64,000 nt of DNA. It comes from Candidatus Magasanikiibacteriota bacterium (lineage in GTDB: Bacteria; Patescibacteriota; Patescibacteriia; Magasanikbacterales; GWA2-37-8). The notes beneath the pieces were generated by a model. That model did not search any database and had not been told where the DNA came from. It was given only the letters and a program-made list of their open reading frames with translations. Shown one piece after another: positions 30,421 through 39,520 of this stretch. The position numbers and the translations under genes were made by a program. The first letter of the stretch is position 1. Every line of letters begins with the position of its first letter. The stretch is taken from NCBI GenBank assembly GCA_041666265.1, contig JBAYHH010000001.1, positions 8,056-72,055 of the forward strand, read 5' to 3'.

Positions 30421-31773
30421 ATGCAAATTACCTTTTTTGGGGCGGCGCGCGAAGTGACCGGCTCTTGCAGTTTGATCGAGACGGGGGATACAAAAATTCT
30501 CATTGATTGCGGGATGTTTCAAGGGAGTGATTTTAATGAAGGCAAAAATAGCGACCCGCTGGTTTTTGACCCCAAAATTTTGGATGCGGTGATCGTGACT
30601 CACGCTCATCTTGATCATACCGGGCGTTTACCTTTGCTTATCAAGGGTGGATATGACGGCCATTTTTATGCCACTCCGGCTACTATTGATTTGACCCGTC
30701 TCATCCTTGAAGACGCTCTCGAGGTGATGGGTTACAATAATCGCAAATTTGGTTCGCCGATTTTATATGACTCTACGGATATCGTCGGTGTGATACAGCA
30801 GTTTAAACCAATCGAATATTACGAAGAATTTGCGATCGCTGAAGCAAAAATAAGATTTCACGAAGCCGGACATATATTTGGCTCGGTTTTTGTGGAAATA
30901 AACGCTGACGATAAAAAAGTGGTATTTTCTGGCGATGTGGGCAATGTTGATGCGCCTATTCTGCGCGACACCGATGCTTTGCCGGGAGGAATTGACGCTT
31001 TGATTTGCGAAAGCACCTATGGCGATCGTATTCACGAAAATCAAAGCAAACGACGGGAGATTTTGGAGCGAGAAATTACCGAGGCGATGAAGCGCGGAGG
31101 AGTATTGATGTTACCGTCATTTTCACTTGAACGCACGCAGGAATTATTGTATGATCTAAATGACCTTATCGACCGCCAACACTCTTTGCCGCGCGTTCCT
31201 ATTTTTCTGGATAGCCCCTTGGCCATCAATGCCACTCAAGTTTATCGTAAATTCAAAGGATATTACGACCAAGAAGCGGATCGCTTGGTAAAAGCAGGTG
31301 ACGATTTGTTTCAGTTTCCCGGTCTCACGATGTGCGAGACGCGTAATGATTCAAAAAAAATAAATTCCATTCGCGGGCCGAAAATTATCATTGCCGGAGC
31401 CGGCATGATGAACGGCGGCCGCATTGTCCACCATGCTTTGAGGTATTTACCGGAGTCTGACAGCACCCTTTTAATTATTGGCTATCAAGCGCGCGGGACT
31501 CTGGGTCGGCAAATTTTAGACGGGGTATCGCCGGTAAAAATTATGGGTGAATCCGTGCCTGTGCGCGCCCATGTCAAAGCGGTGGGCGCCTTTTCAGCGC
31601 ATGCCGATCAAGAAAAATTGATGGACTGGATCGGGGGAGGAGAATCTTTGCCCAAAAAAGTTTATCTCAATCATGGCGAGCCGACCGCATCGGACGCGTT
31701 GGCCAAAAGACTCACCGAAGAATTGGGATTGAAAACTACGGTAGTGAACAGAGGCTTAACGGTAAAAATTTAA
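30421..31773 (+). CDS. MBL-fold beta-CASP metallo-hydrolase (RNase-like)
   Basis: GAAREVTGS, THAHLDH.G, AGHIFGS, ESTYG, FSAHAD, HGE. Confidence 0.95.
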   Translation: MQITFFGAAREVTGSCSLIETGDTKILIDCGMFQGSDFNEGKNSDPLVFDPKILDAVIVTHAHLDHTGRLPLLIKGGYDGHFYATPATIDLTRLILEDALEVMGYNNRKFGSPILYDSTDIVGVIQQFKPIEYYEEFAIAEAKIRFHEAGHIFGSVFVEINADDKKVVFSGDVGNVDAPILRDTDALPGGIDALICESTYGDRIHENQSKRREILEREITEAMKRGGVLMLPSFSLERTQELLYDLNDLIDRQHSLPRVPIFLDSPLAINATQVYRKFKGYYDQEADRLVKAGDDLFQFPGLTMCETRNDSKKINSIRGPKIIIAGAGMMNGGRIVHHALRYLPESDSTLLIIGYQARGTLGRQILDGVSPVKIMGESVPVRAHVKAVGAFSAHADQEKLMDWIGGGESLPKKVYLNHGEPTASDALAKRLTEELGLKTTVVNRGLTVKI

Positions 31774-31779
31774 TAAATT

Positions 31780-32628
31780 ATGAAAATATTAATTATCGGC
31801 AAGGGGTGGCTCGGAGGTAAATGCGCGAGCGCTTGGCCGGACGCGATTATTTCTGAAAAAATTATTGCCGACGAAAAAGATGTTTTGGCGCTGATTGACG
31901 AGCACCATCCCGACGCGATCCTAAATGCCGCCGGCGTGGTGGGCAAACCCAATGTTGATTGGTGTGAGACTCATCAACTCGAGACGATTGCCGGCAATAC
32001 GGTTTTACCGATTACAATCGCGAGCGCTTGTCAAAAAAGAGGCGTGTATTTATTACATATCGGGACCGGATGTATTTTTTATGGCGCTTCGCCTCATGGT
32101 GGACCTTGGACCGAAAACGACGCCGGCAATCCGGTGGCAGTTTATTCCAAATCAAAATACGCCGCTGATTTGGCGCTGTCCACCTTGCCCAATGTTGGCA
32201 TTGCTCGTATTCGCATGCCGATCGACGACCATCCGTTTGTCGGAAATTTGATTGACAAATTGGCTTCTTATCGGCAAGTGGTGGATGTGGAAAACAGCGT
32301 TACGGTAGTGCCGGATATGATTTTGGTTTTTCGGCAATTGCTTGAAAAAAAAGCGTCCGGAATTTTTCACTGTACCAACCCCGGGTCAATTACCCACAAA
32401 AAATTAGTCTCGCTCTATGAAAAATATGTCGATCCGACTCATAAAAATGAGTGGATTACCGAGGTTGAGCTCGTGTCCTGCGGCCTCGCGGCCAAAAAAC
32501 GGTCGAATAATATCATGACTTCGGTGAATTTACCGAAATTTGGCATTATGATGCGGTCAATCGATGAAGCCATCGAGGATGTATTTAAAAAATATTCCAC
32601 TAATTTTTATGAACACTATTTTAGATAA
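31780..32628 (+). CDS. NDP-4-keto-6-deoxysugar epimerase/reductase (RmlD-like SDR)
   Basis: GKGWLG, GKPNVDWCE, GCIF, YSKSK, RIRMPI. Confidence 0.85.
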   Translation: MKILIIGKGWLGGKCASAWPDAIISEKIIADEKDVLALIDEHHPDAILNAAGVVGKPNVDWCETHQLETIAGNTVLPITIASACQKRGVYLLHIGTGCIFYGASPHGGPWTENDAGNPVAVYSKSKYAADLALSTLPNVGIARIRMPIDDHPFVGNLIDKLASYRQVVDVENSVTVVPDMILVFRQLLEKKASGIFHCTNPGSITHKKLVSLYEKYVDPTHKNEWITEVELVSCGLAAKKRSNNIMTSVNLPKFGIMMRSIDEAIEDVFKKYSTNFYEHYFR

Positions 32629-33682
32629 TATTGAAGCGATCAAAAAATTGGATTCCAAGAATATGCTCGGTAGCATACAGCTTTTGAGCGCGCAGGTGAA
32701 AGAAGTCTGGGCACTCGGAGAAAAGTTTAACTTGCCGGCCGGATACAAAAGTGTCAAAAAAATGGTCGTGCTCGGCATGGGCGGGTCGTCTTTGTGCGCG
32801 CATATTCTTTCCGAGTTATATAAGTCAGAAATTAAAATTCCGATTGAGCTTGTCAATGATTACCATGTGCCGGCGTATGTCGATAGCCAAACTTTGGTGA
32901 TCGTTTCGAGCTATTCGGGCGGTACCGAAGAGCCGATCAATGCTGTCCAAGAAGCAAAAAATAAACAAGCCAAGATTGTTGCGATTAGTTCCGGCGGAGA
33001 GCTCGCGAGTTGGGCCAAAACACATAAAGTGCCGGCGCTCGTTTTTAGCACCGCCCATAACCCTTGCGGTAGTCCGCGTATGGGGCTTGGTTACACTATT
33101 TTTGGTCATGCGTTCGTTTGGGCTAAGGCCGGAGTGATCAAGTTTGGCGTGAAAGAAATGCAAACAGCGGTATCAGCCATAGAAAAATTCGCCTTCGAAT
33201 TCGGTACTACGGTTTTGGGCGAGGCCAATCCCGCCAAAAAAATGGCGCAGGACATTTTTGGTCGCAGTGTTTGGTATTTCGGATCAGAGCATCTGTCCGG
33301 GAGCGCGCATGCCGCCGGCAATCAGATGAACGAAAATGCCAAGCGCTTCGGCGGATATTTCATCATACCCGAGTTGAACCATCATTTGCTCGAAGGCATG
33401 ATGCATCCCCAAAGCAACAAAAATAATTTGGTGTGCGTGCTTTTGGAATCAAAATTGTACGACGCGCGCGTGCAAAAAAGATATGGCGTCACCAAGGATG
33501 TTTTAAAGAAAAACGGTATAAAATTTTTGTCTTATCAATTTGGGTCGGACAATCGTTTGGCCCAGGTGTGCGAGGCATTAGCGCTTAGTTGTTTGGTCAG
33601 TTATTACTCGGCGCTTTTGCAAGGTATCGATCCGACCGCTATTCCGTTTGTGGATTATTTCAAAGAGCAATTAAAAAAATAA
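32609..33682 (+). CDS. Bifunctional phosphoglucose/phosphomannose isomerase (SIS)
   Basis: GMGGS, SYSGGTEE, SPR, NENAK, PELNH. Confidence 0.88.
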   Translation: MNTILDNIEAIKKLDSKNMLGSIQLLSAQVKEVWALGEKFNLPAGYKSVKKMVVLGMGGSSLCAHILSELYKSEIKIPIELVNDYHVPAYVDSQTLVIVSSYSGGTEEPINAVQEAKNKQAKIVAISSGGELASWAKTHKVPALVFSTAHNPCGSPRMGLGYTIFGHAFVWAKAGVIKFGVKEMQTAVSAIEKFAFEFGTTVLGEANPAKKMAQDIFGRSVWYFGSEHLSGSAHAAGNQMNENAKRFGGYFIIPELNHHLLEGMMHPQSNKNNLVCVLLESKLYDARVQKRYGVTKDVLKKNGIKFLSYQFGSDNRLAQVCEALALSCLVSYYSALLQGIDPTAIPFVDYFKEQLKK

Positions 33683-33710
33683 AGGTCGAAAAAAGAAAGA
33701 ATAACTTTAT

Positions 33711-33983
33711 ATGTTTTTAGATTGGTTGTTTGGCAAAAAAAACAAAGAACTCGGCCAAGTGGTGCATTACTTCGACAAGCTCGGCGTGGCGGTGGTAATA
33801 CTCAAAGGCGCGCTTAAAGTCGGCGATCGCATCAAGATCATCAGGAATGGCCATGAGTTTATCGATACTGTGGCGTCGATGCAGATCGATCGGCAGGAAA
33901 TCAAAAGCGCCGCGAGCGGCCAAGAAGTGGCGATCAAAATCAGCGAGCCCGTCAAAGCCGGAGCCATAGTAATGAGAGCGTGA
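33711..33983 (+). CDS. Small EF-Tu domain II-like beta-barrel protein
   Basis: G.V.HYFDKLGVA...LKVGD.I...V.SMQID. Confidence 0.8.
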   Translation: MFLDWLFGKKNKELGQVVHYFDKLGVAVVILKGALKVGDRIKIIRNGHEFIDTVASMQIDRQEIKSAASGQEVAIKISEPVKAGAIVMRA

Positions 33984-34765
33984 GTATGGATCTCACCGTA
34001 ATCACAGTCACTTGGAATAGCGCCAAGTATATTGCCGACCAAATTGAATCGGTGGTTTTGGGTTGTGAGGGACTTGCGTGGGAGCAAATTATTGTTGATA
34101 ACGCTTCATCTGACGAAACGGCAAGTGTCATTCAAAATGACAAGGTGCGATTGATCAAGAATAATAAAAATTTAGGTTTTTCCGCCGGCTATAATTTGGC
34201 GATCAAAAATGCGACCGGACGATACTTTCTATATCTTAATCCGGACATGAAATTACGCGGTTCGATCCGGCCGTTAATCGATTATTTGGACGCGCACACG
34301 GAAGCGGGGATAGCGAGCGCTAAATTAGTGGATACAAATGGGCGAATAAATTTATCCGCCACTCCGCGTCGTTTTCCCAAAGCGATCGAGATTTGGGCGC
34401 AATTTTTAAAATTACCTCATTTATTTCCAAAAATTTTAGATCGTTATTTTTATCGCGATTTTGATTTTTCTCGCATGGCGGATCCGGTCGCGGTCGATAG
34501 CGTGCGCGGATCATTTATGCTCATTCGTTCGGAGATCGCGACTAAACTCGGTTTTGCTTTTGATCCTCGATATTTTTTGTGGTGGGAAGATGTCGATCTG
34601 TGTCGAGAAGTGAAAAAACTCGGATATAAAATTATTTGGCATCCAAAGGTGGAATGTGTAGACAGTGTGGGGCGGAGTTTTGGTAAGCGACGATTTTTTT
34701 GGAAGCAGATATTATTTTTTAAAAATGCTTTAAAATATTTTTTCAAATGGCGCAACCGCGATTGA
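33980..34765 (+). CDS. GT2 glycosyltransferase
   Basis: VTWN, VDNASSD, NLGFS..N, LNPD, EDVDLC. Confidence 0.92.
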   Translation: MSMDLTVITVTWNSAKYIADQIESVVLGCEGLAWEQIIVDNASSDETASVIQNDKVRLIKNNKNLGFSAGYNLAIKNATGRYFLYLNPDMKLRGSIRPLIDYLDAHTEAGIASAKLVDTNGRINLSATPRRFPKAIEIWAQFLKLPHLFPKILDRYFYRDFDFSRMADPVAVDSVRGSFMLIRSEIATKLGFAFDPRYFLWWEDVDLCREVKKLGYKIIWHPKVECVDSVGRSFGKRRFFWKQILFFKNALKYFFKWRNRD

Positions 34766-35772
34766 CAATCGGACTATTGACTTGGAACGGGGCGAAACAT
34801 TTACCCGCTCTTTTCGAATCTCTAAAAAAACAATCGTTTCGCGATTTTGAATTGATTGTTTTAGACAATTGCTCAACCGATGGATCTCATTCTGTCATCC
34901 TGAGCAAAGCGAAGGATCTGCTCGTTAGTTTTCAATTAATTCAAAACGAACGCAATGTCGGTTTCGCCGCCGGTCAAAATCAAATATTTGCTCTATCAGA
35001 CAGCGAATATTATTTGGCGCTGAATCAAGACATTGTTTTGTCGTCGGATTGTTTGGAGAAGGTGATTAAATGTTTGGACGCCCATACCAATATTGCTTCC
35101 GCTACTCCAAAACTTTTTAAATGGGACAGCGAAAAGAAAATCCAGACGACCATCGTGGATTCTTTCGGGCTCAAAGTATCGCGCAGTCGGAGAGTGGTGG
35201 ATATAAAAAAATTTGACGATGAAAGATTTGCCAATCAAAATTATATTAAAATTTTTGGCGTTTCCGGCGCGTGCGCGTTTTATCGCCGGAGCGCGATTGA
35301 CACAGTCGGAGGATTATTTGACCCAATGTTTTTTGCCTATAAAGAAGATGTTGATTTGGCCTATCGATTAAATAGCGCCGGTTATGACAGTGTCTTGGTT
35401 TTAGGCGCGAGCGCGTATCATGTGCGCACCGGAGCTGATTCAGGAAGTGACAGTAATCATGCCCAAGCGTTCAATAAACAGCGTCAATCTGATTTGGTGA
35501 AATATTATAGCTATCGCAATCATTTGTTGGTTTTGTTAAAAAATGAGTATTGGGAAAATTTTATCATTGACTTTCCTTGGATTTTGTGGTATGAGTTACA
35601 GAAGTTCGCTTACTATTTAATCTTTGATTTTGCCGTGTTTAAAGGGTTATTTGACCTTTGGCGACAAAGGGAGGAAATAAAAGATAAAAGGTCAAGAATC
35701 AAACAGTTTAGAAAGATCGGCTGGCGAGAAATGAGAGAGGTGATATATGACAAATGCAAAATTCCAAATTGA
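34747..35772 (+). CDS. GT2 glycosyltransferase (contains an in-frame REP-like copy at 34893-34919)
   Basis: DNCSTDG, GFAAGQN, LNQD, YKEDVDLAYR. Confidence 0.92.
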   Translation: MAQPRLTIGLLTWNGAKHLPALFESLKKQSFRDFELIVLDNCSTDGSHSVILSKAKDLLVSFQLIQNERNVGFAAGQNQIFALSDSEYYLALNQDIVLSSDCLEKVIKCLDAHTNIASATPKLFKWDSEKKIQTTIVDSFGLKVSRSRRVVDIKKFDDERFANQNYIKIFGVSGACAFYRRSAIDTVGGLFDPMFFAYKEDVDLAYRLNSAGYDSVLVLGASAYHVRTGADSGSDSNHAQAFNKQRQSDLVKYYSYRNHLLVLLKNEYWENFIIDFPWILWYELQKFAYYLIFDFAVFKGLFDLWRQREEIKDKRSRIKQFRKIGWREMREVIYDKCKIPN

Positions 35773-35834
35773 CTTGGAAATTGATATTTGTGATTTATTT
35801 GGAATTTGTAATTTTGAATTTTTGATTTCGCAAT

Positions 35835-36680
35835 ATGCTCGATCTGAATATCGTCATCGTAAATTATTTATCCAAAGACGCCGTGGAAACCGGCGTGCGT
35901 TCGGTTTTGGCCGATCTTGGCGGCGCGCCGGTAAACTGGCAAATTACGGTGGTAGATAATTCGGGAAACAAGGATGGCATCAAAGATTTTTTACCGCAAT
36001 TACATCCAAACATTCGCTATGTTGATGCGGGTGGTAATGTGGGTTTTGGTAAAGGCAATAATTTTGGATTTAACGCGGTTTTGGCGCGCTATCATTTGGT
36101 GCTAAATCCCGATACCTTGATACCCTCCGGCAATCGCACGATTGAACGCCTTGTCAAATTTATGGACGATAATCCACATGTCGGCATCGCCGGTCCGAAA
36201 TTAGTTTATCCGGATGGTCAATTACAGAATTCATGTTATCGTTTTGATCGACCGTCGATCATGATCAAACCATTTAAACATATCAATTGGGACAAAAAAT
36301 ATCGTTTTATAAAAAAATATTCCGAGCGACTCGAGATGCGCGAATTTGAACACAATGAAACTCGGCCGGTGGATTGGCTTCTTGGCGCCGCTCTGATTTT
36401 GCGTCACGAGTGCGCGCGCGCCATCGGTTGGTTTGATGAACGATATTTCATGTATTTGGAGGATTGTGACTTGTGTCAAAAATTTTGGGAGCGGGGGACG
36501 GCGGTATATTATTTGCACGACATCGTGGTCACGCACGCGCACGAACGCGCGTCTGCTTCCGTACCCGGGGCGCTCACGGCGCTAATAAAAAATAAAATGG
36601 CGCGCGTGCATTTGCGCAGTTGGATGCAATATCTCTGGAAATGGCGCCGACATCATAAATTTTATGCCAAACTTTCCTAA
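35835..36680 (+). CDS. GT2 glycosyltransferase (WbbL-like)
   Basis: VDNS, GFGKGNN, LNPD, FDERYFMYLED.D. Confidence 0.92.
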   Translation: MLDLNIVIVNYLSKDAVETGVRSVLADLGGAPVNWQITVVDNSGNKDGIKDFLPQLHPNIRYVDAGGNVGFGKGNNFGFNAVLARYHLVLNPDTLIPSGNRTIERLVKFMDDNPHVGIAGPKLVYPDGQLQNSCYRFDRPSIMIKPFKHINWDKKYRFIKKYSERLEMREFEHNETRPVDWLLGAALILRHECARAIGWFDERYFMYLEDCDLCQKFWERGTAVYYLHDIVVTHAHERASASVPGALTALIKNKMARVHLRSWMQYLWKWRRHHKFYAKLS

Positions 36681-37752
36681 GGTGGCGATCGTATATTTAT
36701 CCTACCACTGCGAGCTCTATTTGGAGCGCGCTATTGAGGCGTGGAAAAAGTTGGATTATCCGAAAGAGCAGGTGGTGATCGTGGTAGTGGACAACCAGCA
36801 TAAAAACTACGGATCAAGCGCAAAATTTATTCAAGAGAAAGCACTGCCTTTATCGGGCAATGTTTTGCCAAAGGTGGTTTTTTTACCGCAAGAAACCAAT
36901 CTCGGTTTTGCCGGAGGAAACAATATCGGCATCAATTGGGCGGTGCAAAATGGTTATGATTATGTTTTTTTACACAATCAAGACGGGTTCATGGCGCCGG
37001 AATGTCTCGCGAAATTAGTCGAGGCGATGGAAAAAGACAAAACCGTTGGTGCGGCCCAGGCGTTGATTTGTCTTTTTCCGGAGATTGATCTGGTAAACAC
37101 ATCAGGCAACAAATATCATTATCTCGGGTTTGGTTTTTGCGGTGATTACCGTCTACCGGTAATCGGTGTGGAAAAAAATGCGCATGCGATCGGATACGCG
37201 AGCGGAGCGGCGCTTTTGATGCGCGTCGATCTGATTCGCGCGCACGGCATGCTGGACGCGGATTTTTTTGCCTATCACGAAGATTTTGAATACTCTTTTC
37301 GCTTGAAGGCCCAGGGTTATAAAATTATTTTAGCGCCCGAAGCGCATTTTTTTCACGAGTACGAATTTGATAAAAAAAATACAACCAAGTATTTTTTGAT
37401 GGAACGCAATCGGATCGGAATGTGGCTGATGTATTTGGATTGGAGCACTTTATTGCTCCTCGCGCCCATAGAAATTCTACTAAATTTTGGACTATTGTTT
37501 TTTTCGTTAAAATGTGGTTGGATAAAGGAGTGGGCGATGGTTCAGGTCTATTGGCTAAAATGGTCAAATTGGCGATTTTGGCTAAATAAACGCGTTTTGA
37601 CGCGAAAAAGTAGAAAATTGAGCGACCGTGATTTATTGCAAGACGCGGTCTCGGCTATCGAGTTTGAAGGAATGGGTGGAAGATTTGTGAGATTTGGAAA
37701 TTATGTTTTGACTCAATACGCGCGCTTATTAAAGGCGCTCGGGTTCAAATAA
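36664..37752 (+). CDS. GT2 glycosyltransferase
   Basis: VDN, NLGFAGGNN, NQD, FFAYHED. Confidence 0.92.
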   Translation: MPNFPKVAIVYLSYHCELYLERAIEAWKKLDYPKEQVVIVVVDNQHKNYGSSAKFIQEKALPLSGNVLPKVVFLPQETNLGFAGGNNIGINWAVQNGYDYVFLHNQDGFMAPECLAKLVEAMEKDKTVGAAQALICLFPEIDLVNTSGNKYHYLGFGFCGDYRLPVIGVEKNAHAIGYASGAALLMRVDLIRAHGMLDADFFAYHEDFEYSFRLKAQGYKIILAPEAHFFHEYEFDKKNTTKYFLMERNRIGMWLMYLDWSTLLLLAPIEILLNFGLLFFSLKCGWIKEWAMVQVYWLKWSNWRFWLNKRVLTRKSRKLSDRDLLQDAVSAIEFEGMGGRFVRFGNYVLTQYARLLKALGFK

Positions 37753-37786
37753 TTACCGGATTTCACGGTTCTTTCAGGAGGTTGCC

Positions 37787-38317
37787 ATGGATAAACCGCA
37801 AAGAGAAGTGGTTTTCCTGGCTCTGATTTGGAACCATCTTGGAAACATCCTGATGGTTCTAAAGAATGGTCTCTGGATGTTGCCCGGAGGCCATTGGGAT
37901 CCCAAAACCAACCTGTTCGGCACGGTGGAGCGAGAGATTTTTGAAGAACTTCGTTTCACTAATCGCAATCTGAATCCGGCCCGGTTGTCATTGTTGCACA
38001 TCCATACGATTAAATCGGAGACAAAGGAACGCGATTTCCATGTCTACCAGTTTAATTATTGTGGAAGGCAATACAATGTAAATTTGGGGCCACGCGCCAA
38101 CGAAGAAGAAATCAAGGCGGTGGCATGGATTCCGGCGGCGAGTTTGCTGAGCGGTGAGGCGGCGGTGGGCGAGGCCGTTCGGCTCGTTATGCCGATAGCG
38201 GTCGCGACGAAAAACGCTTCGTCGCAACCCATCGAACAACTGTCCGATGATGGTGGGTTACCCAAGAGCGAACAACTAAAATTGTTCGAAGGATTGGGTG
38301 TGACACCCGAAGAATAG
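37787..38317 (+). CDS. Divergent NUDIX-like protein
   Basis: WMLPGG...EREIFEEL; AGGAGG SD. Confidence 0.7.
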   Translation: MDKPQREVVFLALIWNHLGNILMVLKNGLWMLPGGHWDPKTNLFGTVEREIFEELRFTNRNLNPARLSLLHIHTIKSETKERDFHVYQFNYCGRQYNVNLGPRANEEEIKAVAWIPAASLLSGEAAVGEAVRLVMPIAVATKNASSQPIEQLSDDGGLPKSEQLKLFEGLGVTPEE

Positions 38318-38367
38318 GAATCCCCAGGGCAAGTTACTTCATCGGCCTCGCAACAAGGCCACAATCC

Positions 38368-38399
38368 ACCGCCATTGCCCTTGCCTTTGGCGGTTTTTT
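38368..38399 (+). terminator. Intrinsic terminator
   Basis: ACCGCCA...TGGCGGT-TTTTT. Confidence 0.65.
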
Positions 38400-38414
38400 A
38401 TTGTAGCATTACTG

Positions 38415-39404
38415 ATGGATATGATCAAAAAAGCCATATTGACCGGCGGGGGGCGCGCCACGCGCTTGCGGCCGATCACCAATACAATCAATAAACACCT
38501 GATTCCGTTGGCTAATAAGCCGATGATTTTTCATGCTATCGAAAAAGTGGCTCGGGCCGGGGTTACTGAGATTTTTATCAATACCAATCCAGGTGAAACC
38601 GAATTACAAAAAATAATCGGTAATGGCGATCGCTTCGGGGTGAAAATATCATTTTTTGAGCAAGTGGGCGGACCGCAGGGGATCGCTCATGTCGTCAAGC
38701 TCGCGCAAAAATTCATCGGCGATGATCCGTTCATGTTTTATTTATCCGATAATATTATTTTGGCCGAGCTAAATAAGCTCGTGGACAAATTTACCACTGG
38801 TAATTTCGACTGTCTGCTCGCGCTGTCGCAAGTAAAAGACCCGGAACGGTTTGGTGTGCCGATTTTCAATGCCAAGGGCGAACTCATCGAGGTGCAAGAA
38901 AAACCGACTAACCCGCCCAATAATTTCGCCGTCACCGGTATATATTTGTATGGCCCGAAATTATTTTTTGAAGCTTTTGATCATATTGCGAAATCTGCGC
39001 GCGGCGAATACGAAATTTCCGATATCCATTCGTATTTTTTGAAGACCGGTCGTAAGGTGGGTCACGAAGAAATCACCGGCTGGTGGAAAGATACCGGCAA
39101 AGTCGAGGATCTGATTTTGGCCAATAAACTTTTGATGGATTTGTGTGGGATAAAATTCGAGATTGGACAAAATGTGAAGCGGATCGGCAGTGTGAAGATT
39201 GTCGAGCCGGTATGCGTGGGCGATGATTGCGTTTTAGAAAATTGCGCGATCGGTCCATATACGGCGATCGGAAAAAACAGCGTAATAAAAAATACGCGCT
39301 TATCGAACGCGATCGTATTTGAAGAATGCATCGTTGAATCCCCGGTGGAAATTGACCAAATAGTCATTAGTCGCGACTCGACGATGAGTGCGAAAATTGT
39401 CTAA
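38415..39404 (+). CDS. Glucose-1-phosphate thymidylyltransferase (long form)
   Basis: GG.ATRLRPIT...NKHLIP, QEKP, SARGEYEI, WWKDTG, hexapeptide tail. Confidence 0.92.
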   Translation: MDMIKKAILTGGGRATRLRPITNTINKHLIPLANKPMIFHAIEKVARAGVTEIFINTNPGETELQKIIGNGDRFGVKISFFEQVGGPQGIAHVVKLAQKFIGDDPFMFYLSDNIILAELNKLVDKFTTGNFDCLLALSQVKDPERFGVPIFNAKGELIEVQEKPTNPPNNFAVTGIYLYGPKLFFEAFDHIAKSARGEYEISDIHSYFLKTGRKVGHEEITGWWKDTGKVEDLILANKLLMDLCGIKFEIGQNVKRIGSVKIVEPVCVGDDCVLENCAIGPYTAIGKNSVIKNTRLSNAIVFEECIVESPVEIDQIVISRDSTMSAKIV

Positions 39405-39414
39405 TATTATTGTT

Positions 39415-39520
39415 GAAGCCGCACAGTCCGATAATCTTTTCGCTTTCCTCGCGCGCGAGCGCTCAGGGATGGTCCTGCGGGACCATAACCCGCTCAAAGA
39501 ATATCAGACTGCGCGGCTTC
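39415..39520. repeat. Structured dispersed element, copy 3 (core 39440-39495)
   Basis: Same 56-nt core; right outer arm overlaps the last codons of the GT4 gene. Confidence 0.9.
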
